From IMG/VR virus record IMGVR_UViG_3300027826_000008: 64,000 nt of DNA. One strand, written 5' to 3'. A model generated the notes under the pieces. That model saw nothing but the letters and a program-made list of their open reading frames with translations. It was not told where the DNA came from and made no database searches. This DNA comes from an uncultured virus (IMG/VR IMGVR_UViG_3300027826_000008) (taxonomy: Duplodnaviria > Heunggongvirae > Uroviricota > Caudoviricetes). This document shows, one piece after another, positions 35,101 to 39,838 of the stretch (position 1 is its first letter; each line of letters begins with the position of its first letter). The position numbers were made by a program, and so were the translations under genes.

Positions 35101-35672
35101 TCTGCTGTGCGCAGCGCTCCGGTAAACCTCTTCCCGGGAGTCGTCAGTTCCTTGGTTCCGGTCTCCACCTGTCGGCCAAGATCGGTCTCGCCCGTTTCCG
35201 CTCCCGGTTGAATGTTGGTGAGAGCGCTTACGCCGGTGCCGAGGACATCCTGCCAGCGAAGTGGCGGAGAAGGAGGTGTAGGCCGCAGTGCGCGAGGTGT
35301 GGGTGCGCCGGGCGCTGCAAGCGCCTGCGTGGGCCGCCCGGTGGGGCCGAAGTGTTCGGCTTCGGGATTCGACAGGGAATAATTCGTGGGATGGTACGCG
35401 AACGGCATCCCCTGGCGGCGTTCTTCCTGCTCGGTCTGAAGGCCTTCGGCGATGCTGCGGGATGCAGGGGCGGGACCGATGTCGAAGCGCGAACTGCGGG
35501 CAGACGGAGTTGTCCCAGAGGCGGGACGGGTCATTGTCTCCATGGCCGCCGACGCCTCTCGTTTCGAGAGAGCGTCGGGCGAGCCATTTACGACGTCGAA
35601 CTGAGGAGTCGATTCCTCGTCCGGTGATCCGTTCACGACTTCGAACTTCGGGGTTGTGGTGGGATCGGCCAC
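23121..35672 (-). CDS. Giant (4183 aa) DarB-like polyvalent protein: 2H phosphoesterase, zeta-toxin-like kinase, N6-adenine MTase, SNF2 helicase and a C-terminal helical region
   Basis: HVT/HAT motifs (~32250-32760); GGGAASGKGT, HEESS, LILDG (~31240-31900); VLESSMGAG and GNVPF (~29880-30700); AVGGGKT, DEAH, TGTPISN, EQREGRIIRQGN (~26550-28400). Confidence 0.92.
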   Translation of the reverse strand: MADPTTTPKFEVVNGSPDEESTPQFDVVNGSPDALSKREASAAMETMTRPASGTTPSARSSRFDIGPAPASRSIAEGLQTEQEERRQGMPFAYHPTNYSLSNPEAEHFGPTGRPTQALAAPGAPTPRALRPTPPSPPLRWQDVLGTGVSALTNIQPGAETGETDLGRQVETGTKELTTPGKRFTGALRTAEAGTEAMTPFMGPAALENPAAIARGLAEGEAASHVAGYVANKAGATPEQKELLESLSFWAPGVARSVIDPRVGIESSPEGTRAAATVAGGKAGAGVAVTPEGVTVRGKVGPFEGSKTFSRGAAPAGAGLEPPTIEGETPPPPPPDTAALTVLQYDNMQRAAGNLANGLPATPPPPAPPPMPEITPEQIQAESAKIAQLPKEQRAEAMLKAHEELSKALLQQGKLVVDGKLEIVRKPEQAEALAQRMINDEVTRIDKAASEGGLAKGELPQRFQPITPEAQPQAKTRNRKAQAEELAAKAAKVSTPAQPTPQFEVTQEPPSTVEASENAQPGESEPATQEKTAAPTESPKEPEKVAPAATEAKAPFEKGAPVSFARNMQVSKGEGKSEIIKAGTKAFVEHSDPNLNFARVRFADGRVQSVPLRYLEAAKEEANAPENVSGTRPSPEPAKGTTAAAETARHGSGGEAATKEVAAGSEAKAEVSNQGEPFALTHPPEDVGVRQYINSLPEHHQEYAQTFYDTLRDEGREAAYDLEPRVFGIPEKEMADVEKIDAKLHELSKAAGEGQSRVVNPMGPVKLTATRDSGKDIPYVERLNNPKAGEEQFTDTYRVEPGHAGHWEIRNSADQVAWRGKDKTEAKEMLALFREHPDTYLSSGYTRHREFVPPGPPKLSDHHEWAPLAPEVNQKLQQWIDENPDKLRWGHFSADSFNIKTPDGAEVHLASYGGKYQISSYKEPGEYSGSYGGSTMPKGKVAKSVAKLVKGIKGPTPAKPEGGAPAAKEEKQTKFKFGNTQANVPEDSAAGRALDAARERIADADLAGKGKDIGENHVTVRYGIQGDDTAGIRKFLAQQAPFEAKLGKTAKFPPSEQSDGAAVIIAPIEAPELHKLNAQLEKHGDFTEPSFKEYKPHATIAYVDPKKADRYVGMKLTEGKSFTIDEIGITDRNGNAEMVKLEGKKAEEAPAADTLTVKSVPGGFGIIAPGGKILQRFKSKVKAENELAKQKEEAQAKLEATPERLAQQKAAVDKAKELVRKNATNLPAVHEEFHSLANAAHLPELEPAKLRGKDTAHVYQVDGKWTPEREALHKQRVDLATKGKPEQTNPTLVILGGGAASGKGTITDAMKHDFPNAVINDVDEEKFALPEWETLLKSDPLRAAGRVHEESSAIGKMITARALEQRNDLILDGVAGKPEKIRRLIKEFTEKGYKVEAHFIDARIDKAVNAMIARYERNGRFINPSTMHEGHIGAAKVYHAEIVPNVPEHTLHVNHHETVNGEKQPPELIHKNGKVYNEDEFGRHLEKGGQTNGRPGSGRQLAEDAEGSRAEVSGNPRTAEEGRPQGSAETSKSGPAKPEGAGENNLNAGQPTERPEVSGVPRPAGQPSAGLEPKAGEGVREEGNVPAVSGSEGQPGGGATPARGGERPGDRSGRSGAGDVSRGGENAGGRGVREAPKLTRRNTDWFSHPEEFSLNAGTTTRLNWNLKALDILKRVESGESKLTDEDRDALAHFVGWGALQWAFNYWKAPQAEWDKFRAANQKLRELLTPEQMAAAEATVLNAHYTSPQIARFSWDVAKRLGFKGGTVLESSMGAGIFLGTMPKGLRGSSQMIGNELDPITYGVAKLLYPSATLFNKDFVQLVLPDNSIDLSVGNVPFGEEIYDPHYPKLKARIHDYFIVKTLDKLRPGGVAALITSTGTLDKPSERIREVMASKADLIFAVRFPAGTFEKSAGTHVTTDLLVFQKRSPAEPPGGEAFTKVVPVEAMHEQDKVMAKDYLNEYYDKHPENLLGELRISRRMYGSNDLVLAPKPGENLPDQLKEALSRVPRNVFGPEESTPLSPATSDPGLSFSPGLVEGNYDVKGGKVIQVRNGVNTPVKLEGKQLERMKKLVKLRDMLNETRRTMATAPVDDLGNALVKDQQKKLLAAYEDYRKLGSLNDAETKKVFGDDPHYHRLLALETYNKRTKAVKIADIFTTRTIYPQAKLSSLSADPKEAVYQVLNERGTPDLKFMATLSDKTEPELLAELSKAGLVFKDPTTNKYYMGEEYLSGYVREKLKDAQAAVEQGQKEYEVNVKALEKVIPPDKPIDRIRIRPGATWIPTEAIDDFLKDVFRAGQAVKTTNEHGVWSVDGAQSSAEIIDKYATKDFNGLELLRMALNLRRPTVYDIHEYVDEEGNRRERRVVNQQKTIAAREKQERITEEFQSYFRGHKEWAPQLVRQFNDKLNGLVPPKSDGSHLTFPGANMNVLRGGDFMAHQKNGIWRAVQNGRGLIATAVGGGKTYMGVAIGAESKRLGLARKPMYVVPNHTLGQWGRSWSKLYPASNVLIIGKEDFKPDQRKAQMARIMTNDWDAVVVPFSHFNLMDISAKYQQAYFQRQMDELRETLEGLEGKGKEGDRWMSRSERRQHSVEDKARKRTVKQLQKAMQNLKAKIAKLADLKSDKTVNFDDLGVDMLIVDEAHDYKNLLYYTKMGQVAGLQQTDAKKSTRLKMKTDYLQDRNSNRGVVFLTGTPISNTMAEMYTMTKYIAPDVLENAGIRYFDDWAANFGSIITANELSADSRTYRPRAKFAKFVNVPELQQLFRSFADVKRNEDMPEVQAILPKLKAGKHTVVEIENPELKPITNALVRRAAALRGEAAPVYGPDGKQLEEEYTDDKGRKRKRLVTESLPRPKPEEDNMLNIVNEGRMAAVDMRLLNPELSGKYSKIPEVIKQTVQRYKDSKATKGTQLIFCDRYRYVDADGKERFSIYKELVNGLAEAGIPKKEIAIVHDYDKDDEKLAMFDEVKAGKIRVLIGSTQKMGTGMNVQNLLVAEHHVDYPWKPAEMEQREGRIIRQGNQNKEIEILRYATKESFDSYIAQLLEDKAKFIWQVLSGKDVGDEIVDEAGDAVLSFAELKAIASGNPDVKRKMDLEQQVRKYEILDAEAQSEIAENTGKVRSERDLVARFEGATAEMQRFLDAHQKAVGEDKKFSLEILGEKFAKREDAMKWLQLEPVPKSNIHITLNGVPVVIEPKLHSDYSAKMKNVDLPEEQHVHEGDLASVEYRMPYDIPYKEYGRSGPEAIVSLASGRYGTQDPTLASAVRGIESVLRGLPKNIEDMRAAIKFREDRIKDLEDIQKNRPASSNARKIAELKTELDEVNKRLGIDVFADAEAQDVAADADGATPEGEEGGQEIDRSGERGSVSTAGLVELPIAAVHTVYSAAKRVKDFLKTEVEDNRRAKEMQWDLYDLDKRHEGRVLRAKQMLEQLQHDGLTLKDREAIDSHLDALEADSDNVPVPALTPEQDDILDRVLMPMRAEAEKAFKKVTEAGLTIPNYNPRQTKGRGGMLDRFLQPEGEKRTGRGNMLSQSMPAAKRRVMMALENGDKRVVVSIKNGEVVAWRNGATQRMGPLEAPKGKKGPSKEREFEDKHGNIWKIVQATKAEIEANTPVRYYHDAAASTIVNWLQAKKAEAAHDFLESVKESPDFKEIAVKTDAGNPPSGWRTTNLPQFKGYYFEPHTAEVLDWFADRLKSGSPSAFDSINQYMRMKILLNPIKHPLNVAAQWAVQRGVTGFLPTRFYRLGKTGARAINAVVNQNKDLRDALEAGAPLQSARGVTKDLAKLFYDTLGEATKTGQPWATKLAKSIGLAPVELVKALHKLSSKIAWPASDILFLQAAYEYQEAHPDATLHDALREVGRIIPEYRLPTRILNSTAVAKAMSSNIGTVFGSYHYGLLRSFGESAKSALGMAENAPGRSTAEEVAKGWDRLALMALVAFGLYGIADQLAKKLTKEKDAQVQRHGIFGLIQAAVDVAHHDATPTQAITKVFTPNPTTVGLGQLIFNRDVQSGRHIYDPAADWHTEGTQLMRYLREETIPQEQEIERAQHRDEGWKKFGLNQLDVNFRKRGAERLAQEIASSKMDTSAWTPEDREKYYARQRALEGLRKGSGKALEEGVQKGLLSIKDLSKLMHRSMHTEFQDKINGFSYAEVRRVYDRAVEDKDEEAQKQILPILLEKQIEILGQVPETPAAQ
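30761..31036 (-). CDS. Nested +1-frame gene inside the giant ORF; DUF1896/TnpV-like small partner upstream of the MTase domain
   Basis: 91 aa globular-looking protein FRDRLDSHLQDWNPK...FLDQRASLAVEQL..AEASG; ATG directly abuts the TAA of the preceding nested gene. Confidence 0.7.
   Translation of the reverse strand: MPVNPQSDPRFQEFRDRLDSHLQDWNPKLVKAFEKKGTYQQFLDQRASLAVEQLLHAEASGQEIDPDEVEQEMYPEAEKTPEDAEFEKLQS
31037..31201 (-). CDS. Nested +1-frame gene directly after the zeta-like domain (candidate antitoxin)
   Basis: AAGGGAGGG SD 8 nt before ATG; MGDLEVDDNLLKMLKEAGPKSLETLERLKKEG... Confidence 0.6.
   Translation of the reverse strand: MGDLEVDDNLLKMLKEAGPKSLETLERLKKEGHKDPPRPPRADLQNLKVPEKTT
33635..33808 (-). 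CDS. Nested +1-frame small gene inside the giant ORF
   Basis: AAGGAGG SD 6 nt before ATG; MRLRMSVELDQVPSPRKVQLLQQKLLDMAVEARRQLKKWL... Confidence 0.5.
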   Translation of the reverse strand: MRLRMSVELDQVPSPRKVQLLQQKLLDMAVEARRQLKKWLRDPKPRPRSRIRGSRSR

Positions 35673-35675
35673 GAA

Positions 35676-36272
35676 CTAGGACGTTGCTTCTTTGGCTTTC
35701 TCTTCGTCAGCAACTGCATCGAGATCCGCTGCCGTGGGCGTGCTCTCGATGGCGGGTGCGCCGTCAGGCGAATGATCCGGCAAAGGCCCGGGGCCTGCTG
35801 CGCTCGATCCATCGGCATAACGCTTGGTTTCGAACGGGGTGCGCGCGTGCTCGTCCGCCAGGGCTTGCAGTGCTTTGTCCCTGCCTTCGGTCGTATTGGC
35901 CAACTCCGCCTTGAGAACTTCCAACTCGGCGACGAGCAGTTGCTTATCGCTCGTCAGTTGCCCGCAGCGCTCGCTATATCGCTGAAACAGATAGTGCATC
36001 GTGGAAAGCTGATCGTCGTAGAAGAACGGCGCGCCTTCTTTGTCCTCGATGCTCGGCACGTCCATGACGCGCTCCAACGTCTCAGCCCAGTCAACCCCCT
36101 GCAGCGCATGATGCGCTGCGGTGTTGATGTGGTTGAAGTAGACGACCGTCAGCAGTGGATTCTTATGGTCCTCGACTTCGCGGCTGCTGAGAACGAGCGC
36201 ATGGTACTGCTCGTGTTTCTTGTTTTTCGGGTGATAGAGATGCAGAACGACGTACCCCGGTGCGGTTGACAT
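35676..36272 (-). CDS. Hypothetical protein with coiled coil
   Basis: AGGAGGAG SD; stop 3 nt before the giant ORF start. Confidence 0.7.
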   Translation of the reverse strand: MSTAPGYVVLHLYHPKNKKHEQYHALVLSSREVEDHKNPLLTVVYFNHINTAAHHALQGVDWAETLERVMDVPSIEDKEGAPFFYDDQLSTMHYLFQRYSERCGQLTSDKQLLVAELEVLKAELANTTEGRDKALQALADEHARTPFETKRYADGSSAAGPGPLPDHSPDGAPAIESTPTAADLDAVADEEKAKEATS

Positions 36273-36303
36273 CAGGTGACTCCTCCTAAGTTGTGGTGTG
36301 GCT

Positions 36304-36408
36304 TTAGCTGAAGATGCGGTCCCAGAGGGACGCGAAGAACCCGATCACTTCGTCGAAGAGTGCGACGAGCATTCCCAGGAAGAAGACGACGATGGCCGGT
36401 AGCAGCAT
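36304..36408 (-). CDS. Small membrane peptide
   Basis: Manual translation MLLPAIVVFFLGMLVALFDEVIGFFASLWDRIFS; GAGGT SD. Confidence 0.55.
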   Translation of the reverse strand: MLLPAIVVFFLGMLVALFDEVIGFFASLWDRIFS

Positions 36409-36410
36409 CG

Positions 36411-36494
36411 CTACCTCAACGCCCTCTTCAGGATATGGCCGGTCGCATAACCGAGTAGGCCAACTACAAGGAGGATGAGAGCAGAAGCACTCAT
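36411..36494 (-). CDS. Small membrane peptide
   Basis: Manual translation MSASALILLVVGLLGYATGHILKRALR; GGAGG SD. Confidence 0.5.
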   Translation of the reverse strand: MSASALILLVVGLLGYATGHILKRALR

Positions 36495-36503
36495 GCCTCC
36501 ATG

Positions 36504-37934
36504 CTACTCCGATTTGTTAGTCGCGGGCAACGGTCCCCACGTCTTACCGTCCTTCGAGTACGCGATCGCCTTGCCGTCCGCCTTCAGGTAATCGTTTGGC
36601 TTCGACGGGCTCGGTGCACCTTTCGGCACGGTGAACGCTCCTCCGGACTTTTCGGTCTTGCCCGCGGCGGCGCCGCCTTTCGCGCCGCGCGACATGATCT
36701 CGGTCTCGATGTCATCCATTTGCTTCTGGAGCGCTTCGCGCTTCTGATCGAGACCCTGCAGGTGCGTCTGCACGTTGGCCATTCCCGGCAACTGAACGCC
36801 GGTCATCATGGCCTGCGCCTGCATCTTCGTGTACTCGCTGCGTTCCCGGTCGAGCGCGTCCATCTGACGCTGGATCGGTCGGCTGCGCGTGGTGAACTCG
36901 CGACTCTGCGCCGCGGTCATACCGCTGCCGCCGCCCTGGGCTCCTTCGTGGTAGTGCTCCTGATTGAACAGCTTGGTGGCGTTCGGATCGCCCAGCATCG
37001 CGCCTTCATCGACCGACTTGGGCATGTAGGGCATGTAATCGCCCGATTTCGTTTTGACTCGCCATTTCCCTTTCGCTGCGGGATCAGGCTCAGGCCGCGC
37101 GCCAGGCGCCGGGGTGTTCGCGTCCTCTTCGCGCTTGCGCCGGTCTTCCTCTACTTCGCGCGGCTCGGATACTTCGTTGCGCCTGCCGCCCTTTGTGTCC
37201 TGATACCAATGGACTTTGCCGTCCGGCCCTGTTTCCTGATACGGCATCCTGCCCGTGGGCTCGTTTTCGAAGGCCTTCTGTTCCCGGCCTTCCTTTTGCA
37301 AGTTGAGCCAGTTGGTGAAGCCTTCCTGCGCGACGCGAGCCCTGTCATTCGCGATCGGGACGCCCACTTCTCTCTCGGCTGCCAACTGATCCATCGCGCT
37401 GGTGCGGTTACGTTCGTAGTCGCCAACAGCGCGCTCGTACTGCGGGAGTCGGAGCAACTCCTGACTCCCCAACTGCGCGGGCAACAGCGGAATCATCTTT
37501 AGGCCGATACCTACCGCTTTGCGCCAGCCGTGTGGCTCGAAGTCTTGCTTGTAGTTCGGCGGCGTGGGGAACTGAATCGAGTTCGCTCTCTCCTGTTCAC
37601 GCGCGAGCGCCTGACTTGCATCAGTAAGCCGTTGCTGCATCATGTTGCCCTGGCTCATCAGGCTCGGGTCATCGCTCGGCTTCGGTGCAGCTGGAGCGGG
37701 TGTCGCTTGTGGTGTCGGCGCAGGAGTAGGCGCAGGAGCGGGAGCGACGGGCGGCTGTCCGCTCGCAGCCCGCGCGGCATTGCTCATCCCTGCGCTGGAC
37801 GCCATCATGGGAGAGATCGGCGGCGCCGCGACCGGAGGAGGGGGAACGGGAAGACGCGCGCCGGGCTGAGCTACGCGCTGCATCGCAGCCTGCATCGCCA
37901 TCGGATCCATATCCGGGGTCCAAGGTGACATCAT
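36504..37934 (-). CDS. Probable internal virion / DNA ejection protein
   Basis: Pro/Ala/Gln-rich with coiled coils; lies between nozzle and giant gene. Confidence 0.6.
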   Translation of the reverse strand: MMSPWTPDMDPMAMQAAMQRVAQPGARLPVPPPPVAAPPISPMMASSAGMSNAARAASGQPPVAPAPAPTPAPTPQATPAPAAPKPSDDPSLMSQGNMMQQRLTDASQALAREQERANSIQFPTPPNYKQDFEPHGWRKAVGIGLKMIPLLPAQLGSQELLRLPQYERAVGDYERNRTSAMDQLAAEREVGVPIANDRARVAQEGFTNWLNLQKEGREQKAFENEPTGRMPYQETGPDGKVHWYQDTKGGRRNEVSEPREVEEDRRKREEDANTPAPGARPEPDPAAKGKWRVKTKSGDYMPYMPKSVDEGAMLGDPNATKLFNQEHYHEGAQGGGSGMTAAQSREFTTRSRPIQRQMDALDRERSEYTKMQAQAMMTGVQLPGMANVQTHLQGLDQKREALQKQMDDIETEIMSRGAKGGAAAGKTEKSGGAFTVPKGAPSPSKPNDYLKADGKAIAYSKDGKTWGPLPATNKSE

Positions 37935-38950
37935 TATTGGGCCACCTCCGCCAGCATGGCTTTACCGACTTCTGCCCACTCGTTCATCCCGACGTGGCGC
38001 TCGGCGTCGCCCACACCGTAAGCCCAGAGTCCGTCAGCGCAGTAGGTGTGGGTGCGGTTGGTCATCACGTTAAACACCCAGTCTTCGCCGTCCGGCGTCA
38101 CTGCGGTTACGCGCGTGCTGCCGAGCTTGGTGTCTGTCTTGATGGACATCCCGAGGCAGCGCGCCGCGACCGTGAACCCTCCACGCGGCAGCGCGAAGGC
38201 GTGCGTGGCCGAGTTGCGTACGGCGATTCCCGAATCGGTGGTGATGCGAACGACCGGAGCCCGCGCGGATTGAATCTCCTCGATTAGCTCCGGCTCGCCG
38301 TCGATGCCGAGCAGTAAGTCTCCCAGCCGCAACTGCTCGACCGGCTTCTTGCTGCCATCGGCCATCTTGTACAGCGTTCCCAGCACCGGGCATCCGGCTG
38401 CCATGCCCGCCGCCATCATTGCCGAACTGCCGAGTTGGGTGAGGTTGTTGTACGTGTCGTCCATCGCGGTCGTGTAGTTGTTCAGAGCGTTTCCGGATCC
38501 GCCCGTTGCGGTGCTGTAGAGACCCGTCTGGAGTTGGGCTCCCGCCAGCGGCGCGCCAGCAAGGTACTGCTGCCACTGCAGGTTCGCCTTATAGTCATTC
38601 GACGCCCGCTGCGCGCTCAGCGTGTCCGCCAGGCGCCCGGTCTGTAGCCCGATGTCGCGCTGCGCGAGCGTGTTCTGCGAACGATTCAAGCCGCCCGATG
38701 CGATGTTCGACCGCTGGAGTGCAGCCTTGCCTGAGTCGGCGGCAGTGTTGAGGGCTTCGGACTGGAGCTTGTTCTGATTCGAGAGATAGGCGGTCGACTT
38801 AAAGGGATCCGCGCCGACGTTCATGCCGGCGTTCAGCTTCCCCAGATTCGAGTTGTACGTGGAAAGGTCCGTCTGGGCGTTGTTAAACGCTTGCCCGCCC
38901 TGAGCGTTGAACGTCCCCAACTGGTTATTTGCCGTGGTTGTTCTCGCCAT
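37934..38950 (-). CDS. Probable ejection/pilot protein with C-terminal Hint domain
   Basis: A/N/Q/S/G-rich N-terminal part; GCPVLGT..MADGSKKPVEQLRLGD, SATHAF, VFNV...HTYCADG. Confidence 0.8.
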   Translation of the reverse strand: MARTTTANNQLGTFNAQGGQAFNNAQTDLSTYNSNLGKLNAGMNVGADPFKSTAYLSNQNKLQSEALNTAADSGKAALQRSNIASGGLNRSQNTLAQRDIGLQTGRLADTLSAQRASNDYKANLQWQQYLAGAPLAGAQLQTGLYSTATGGSGNALNNYTTAMDDTYNNLTQLGSSAMMAAGMAAGCPVLGTLYKMADGSKKPVEQLRLGDLLLGIDGEPELIEEIQSARAPVVRITTDSGIAVRNSATHAFALPRGGFTVAARCLGMSIKTDTKLGSTRVTAVTPDGEDWVFNVMTNRTHTYCADGLWAYGVGDAERHVGMNEWAEVGKAMLAEVAQ

Positions 38951-38960
38951 TTTTGTCCTC

Positions 38961-39383
38961 TCAGCCCAGCCACTTCGAAAACGGCACCAGCTTGTTGACG
39001 TCCTCGCGCTGCAATCCGAAATGCTTCAGAATCCGCTCCAGCGCGGTCGGCTTCTTGGGGTTCTTCCTCTCCAGCGCTTCCGGCACCACAAACGCTCGCA
39101 CGATGCGAATGCGATAGCTGTCAAGCACCTGCTGAAGAATCTGCGCCGCGGACTCCCATTCCGACCGCGGCAAGGAACATTCACCCATCGCGCAAACTTC
39201 CGCCTCGGCCTCGAGAAAAACCGCGTGGGTGATCACGCCCTTGTCTTCATACACCAGCGAAATCAACACGGGCCGCTCGTCCAACTGCGGAAGATCCAGA
39301 TCGCGCCCGAGCCGTGCCTCCATGCGCGCGTGCAGCGCATCGGTCTCCGGCTTATCCGCTGGCGTGTAGACCCTCCACGGCAT
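38961..39383 (-). CDS. Hypothetical protein (possible degenerate GNAT fold)
   Basis: Sits before the ejection genes, where podoviruses often carry a GNAT-like gene; ...ERILKHFGLQ. Confidence 0.5.
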   Translation of the reverse strand: MPWRVYTPADKPETDALHARMEARLGRDLDLPQLDERPVLISLVYEDKGVITHAVFLEAEAEVCAMGECSLPRSEWESAAQILQQVLDSYRIRIVRAFVVPEALERKNPKKPTALERILKHFGLQREDVNKLVPFSKWLG

Positions 39384-39838
39384 TAGGGGATCACGACCTT
39401 TCCGGAGTTCTGAGCGGTGTTGAAGGTCTTGCCGTCGTAGCTCGAACTCATCCGAAAGTAAAAGGTTCCGCTGCCCAACTCACTGATGTCGTAGTACGTC
39501 TGGTGGCTCACCGGAAAATCCGTGACCGTGCCGTTGAACTGCGGATTGGTGCTCGCCTGCAAGTGGTGCCGGATCGCGGAGCCCGCCTGATTCTGCTTCC
39601 CGCCCAGGAACTCGGGGTTCGTGATCCGCACATACGCATGGCCCTTCACACCCGCGTTCGTCGTTACGCCAAAGCCAGCCTTCGGCGGAGCAGGCGCCTG
39701 ACGGCCCGCACTTCCAACGCTCTGCGCCTGCGTGACTTGCTCCAGATTGTCGAGACGCTCAGAGACGCGGCGCACATAACTCTGCTGCGCGGGATCCGCA
39801 AACGCTTCGAGTGTCGGCTCTGGTGTGCGGTAGCTCAT
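39383..39838 (-). CDS. Hypothetical tail-associated protein
   Basis: Coupled to the nozzle gene; FN3-like C-terminus (GTFYFRMSS). Confidence 0.6.
   Translation of the reverse strand: MSYRTPEPTLEAFADPAQQSYVRRVSERLDNLEQVTQAQSVGSAGRQAPAPPKAGFGVTTNAGVKGHAYVRITNPEFLGGKQNQAGSAIRHHLQASTNPQFNGTVTDFPVSHQTYYDISELGSGTFYFRMSSSYDGKTFNTAQNSGKVVIP

Noticed and set aside
23121..35672. Tape measure protein
   Set aside because: The ORF is made of recognisable enzymatic domains, and no tail tube or sheath genes are seen
38010..38392. Canonical splicing intein
   Set aside because: No terminal His-Asn plus nucleophile, no endonuclease and only a short C-terminal tail; treated as a cleavage-type Hint domain
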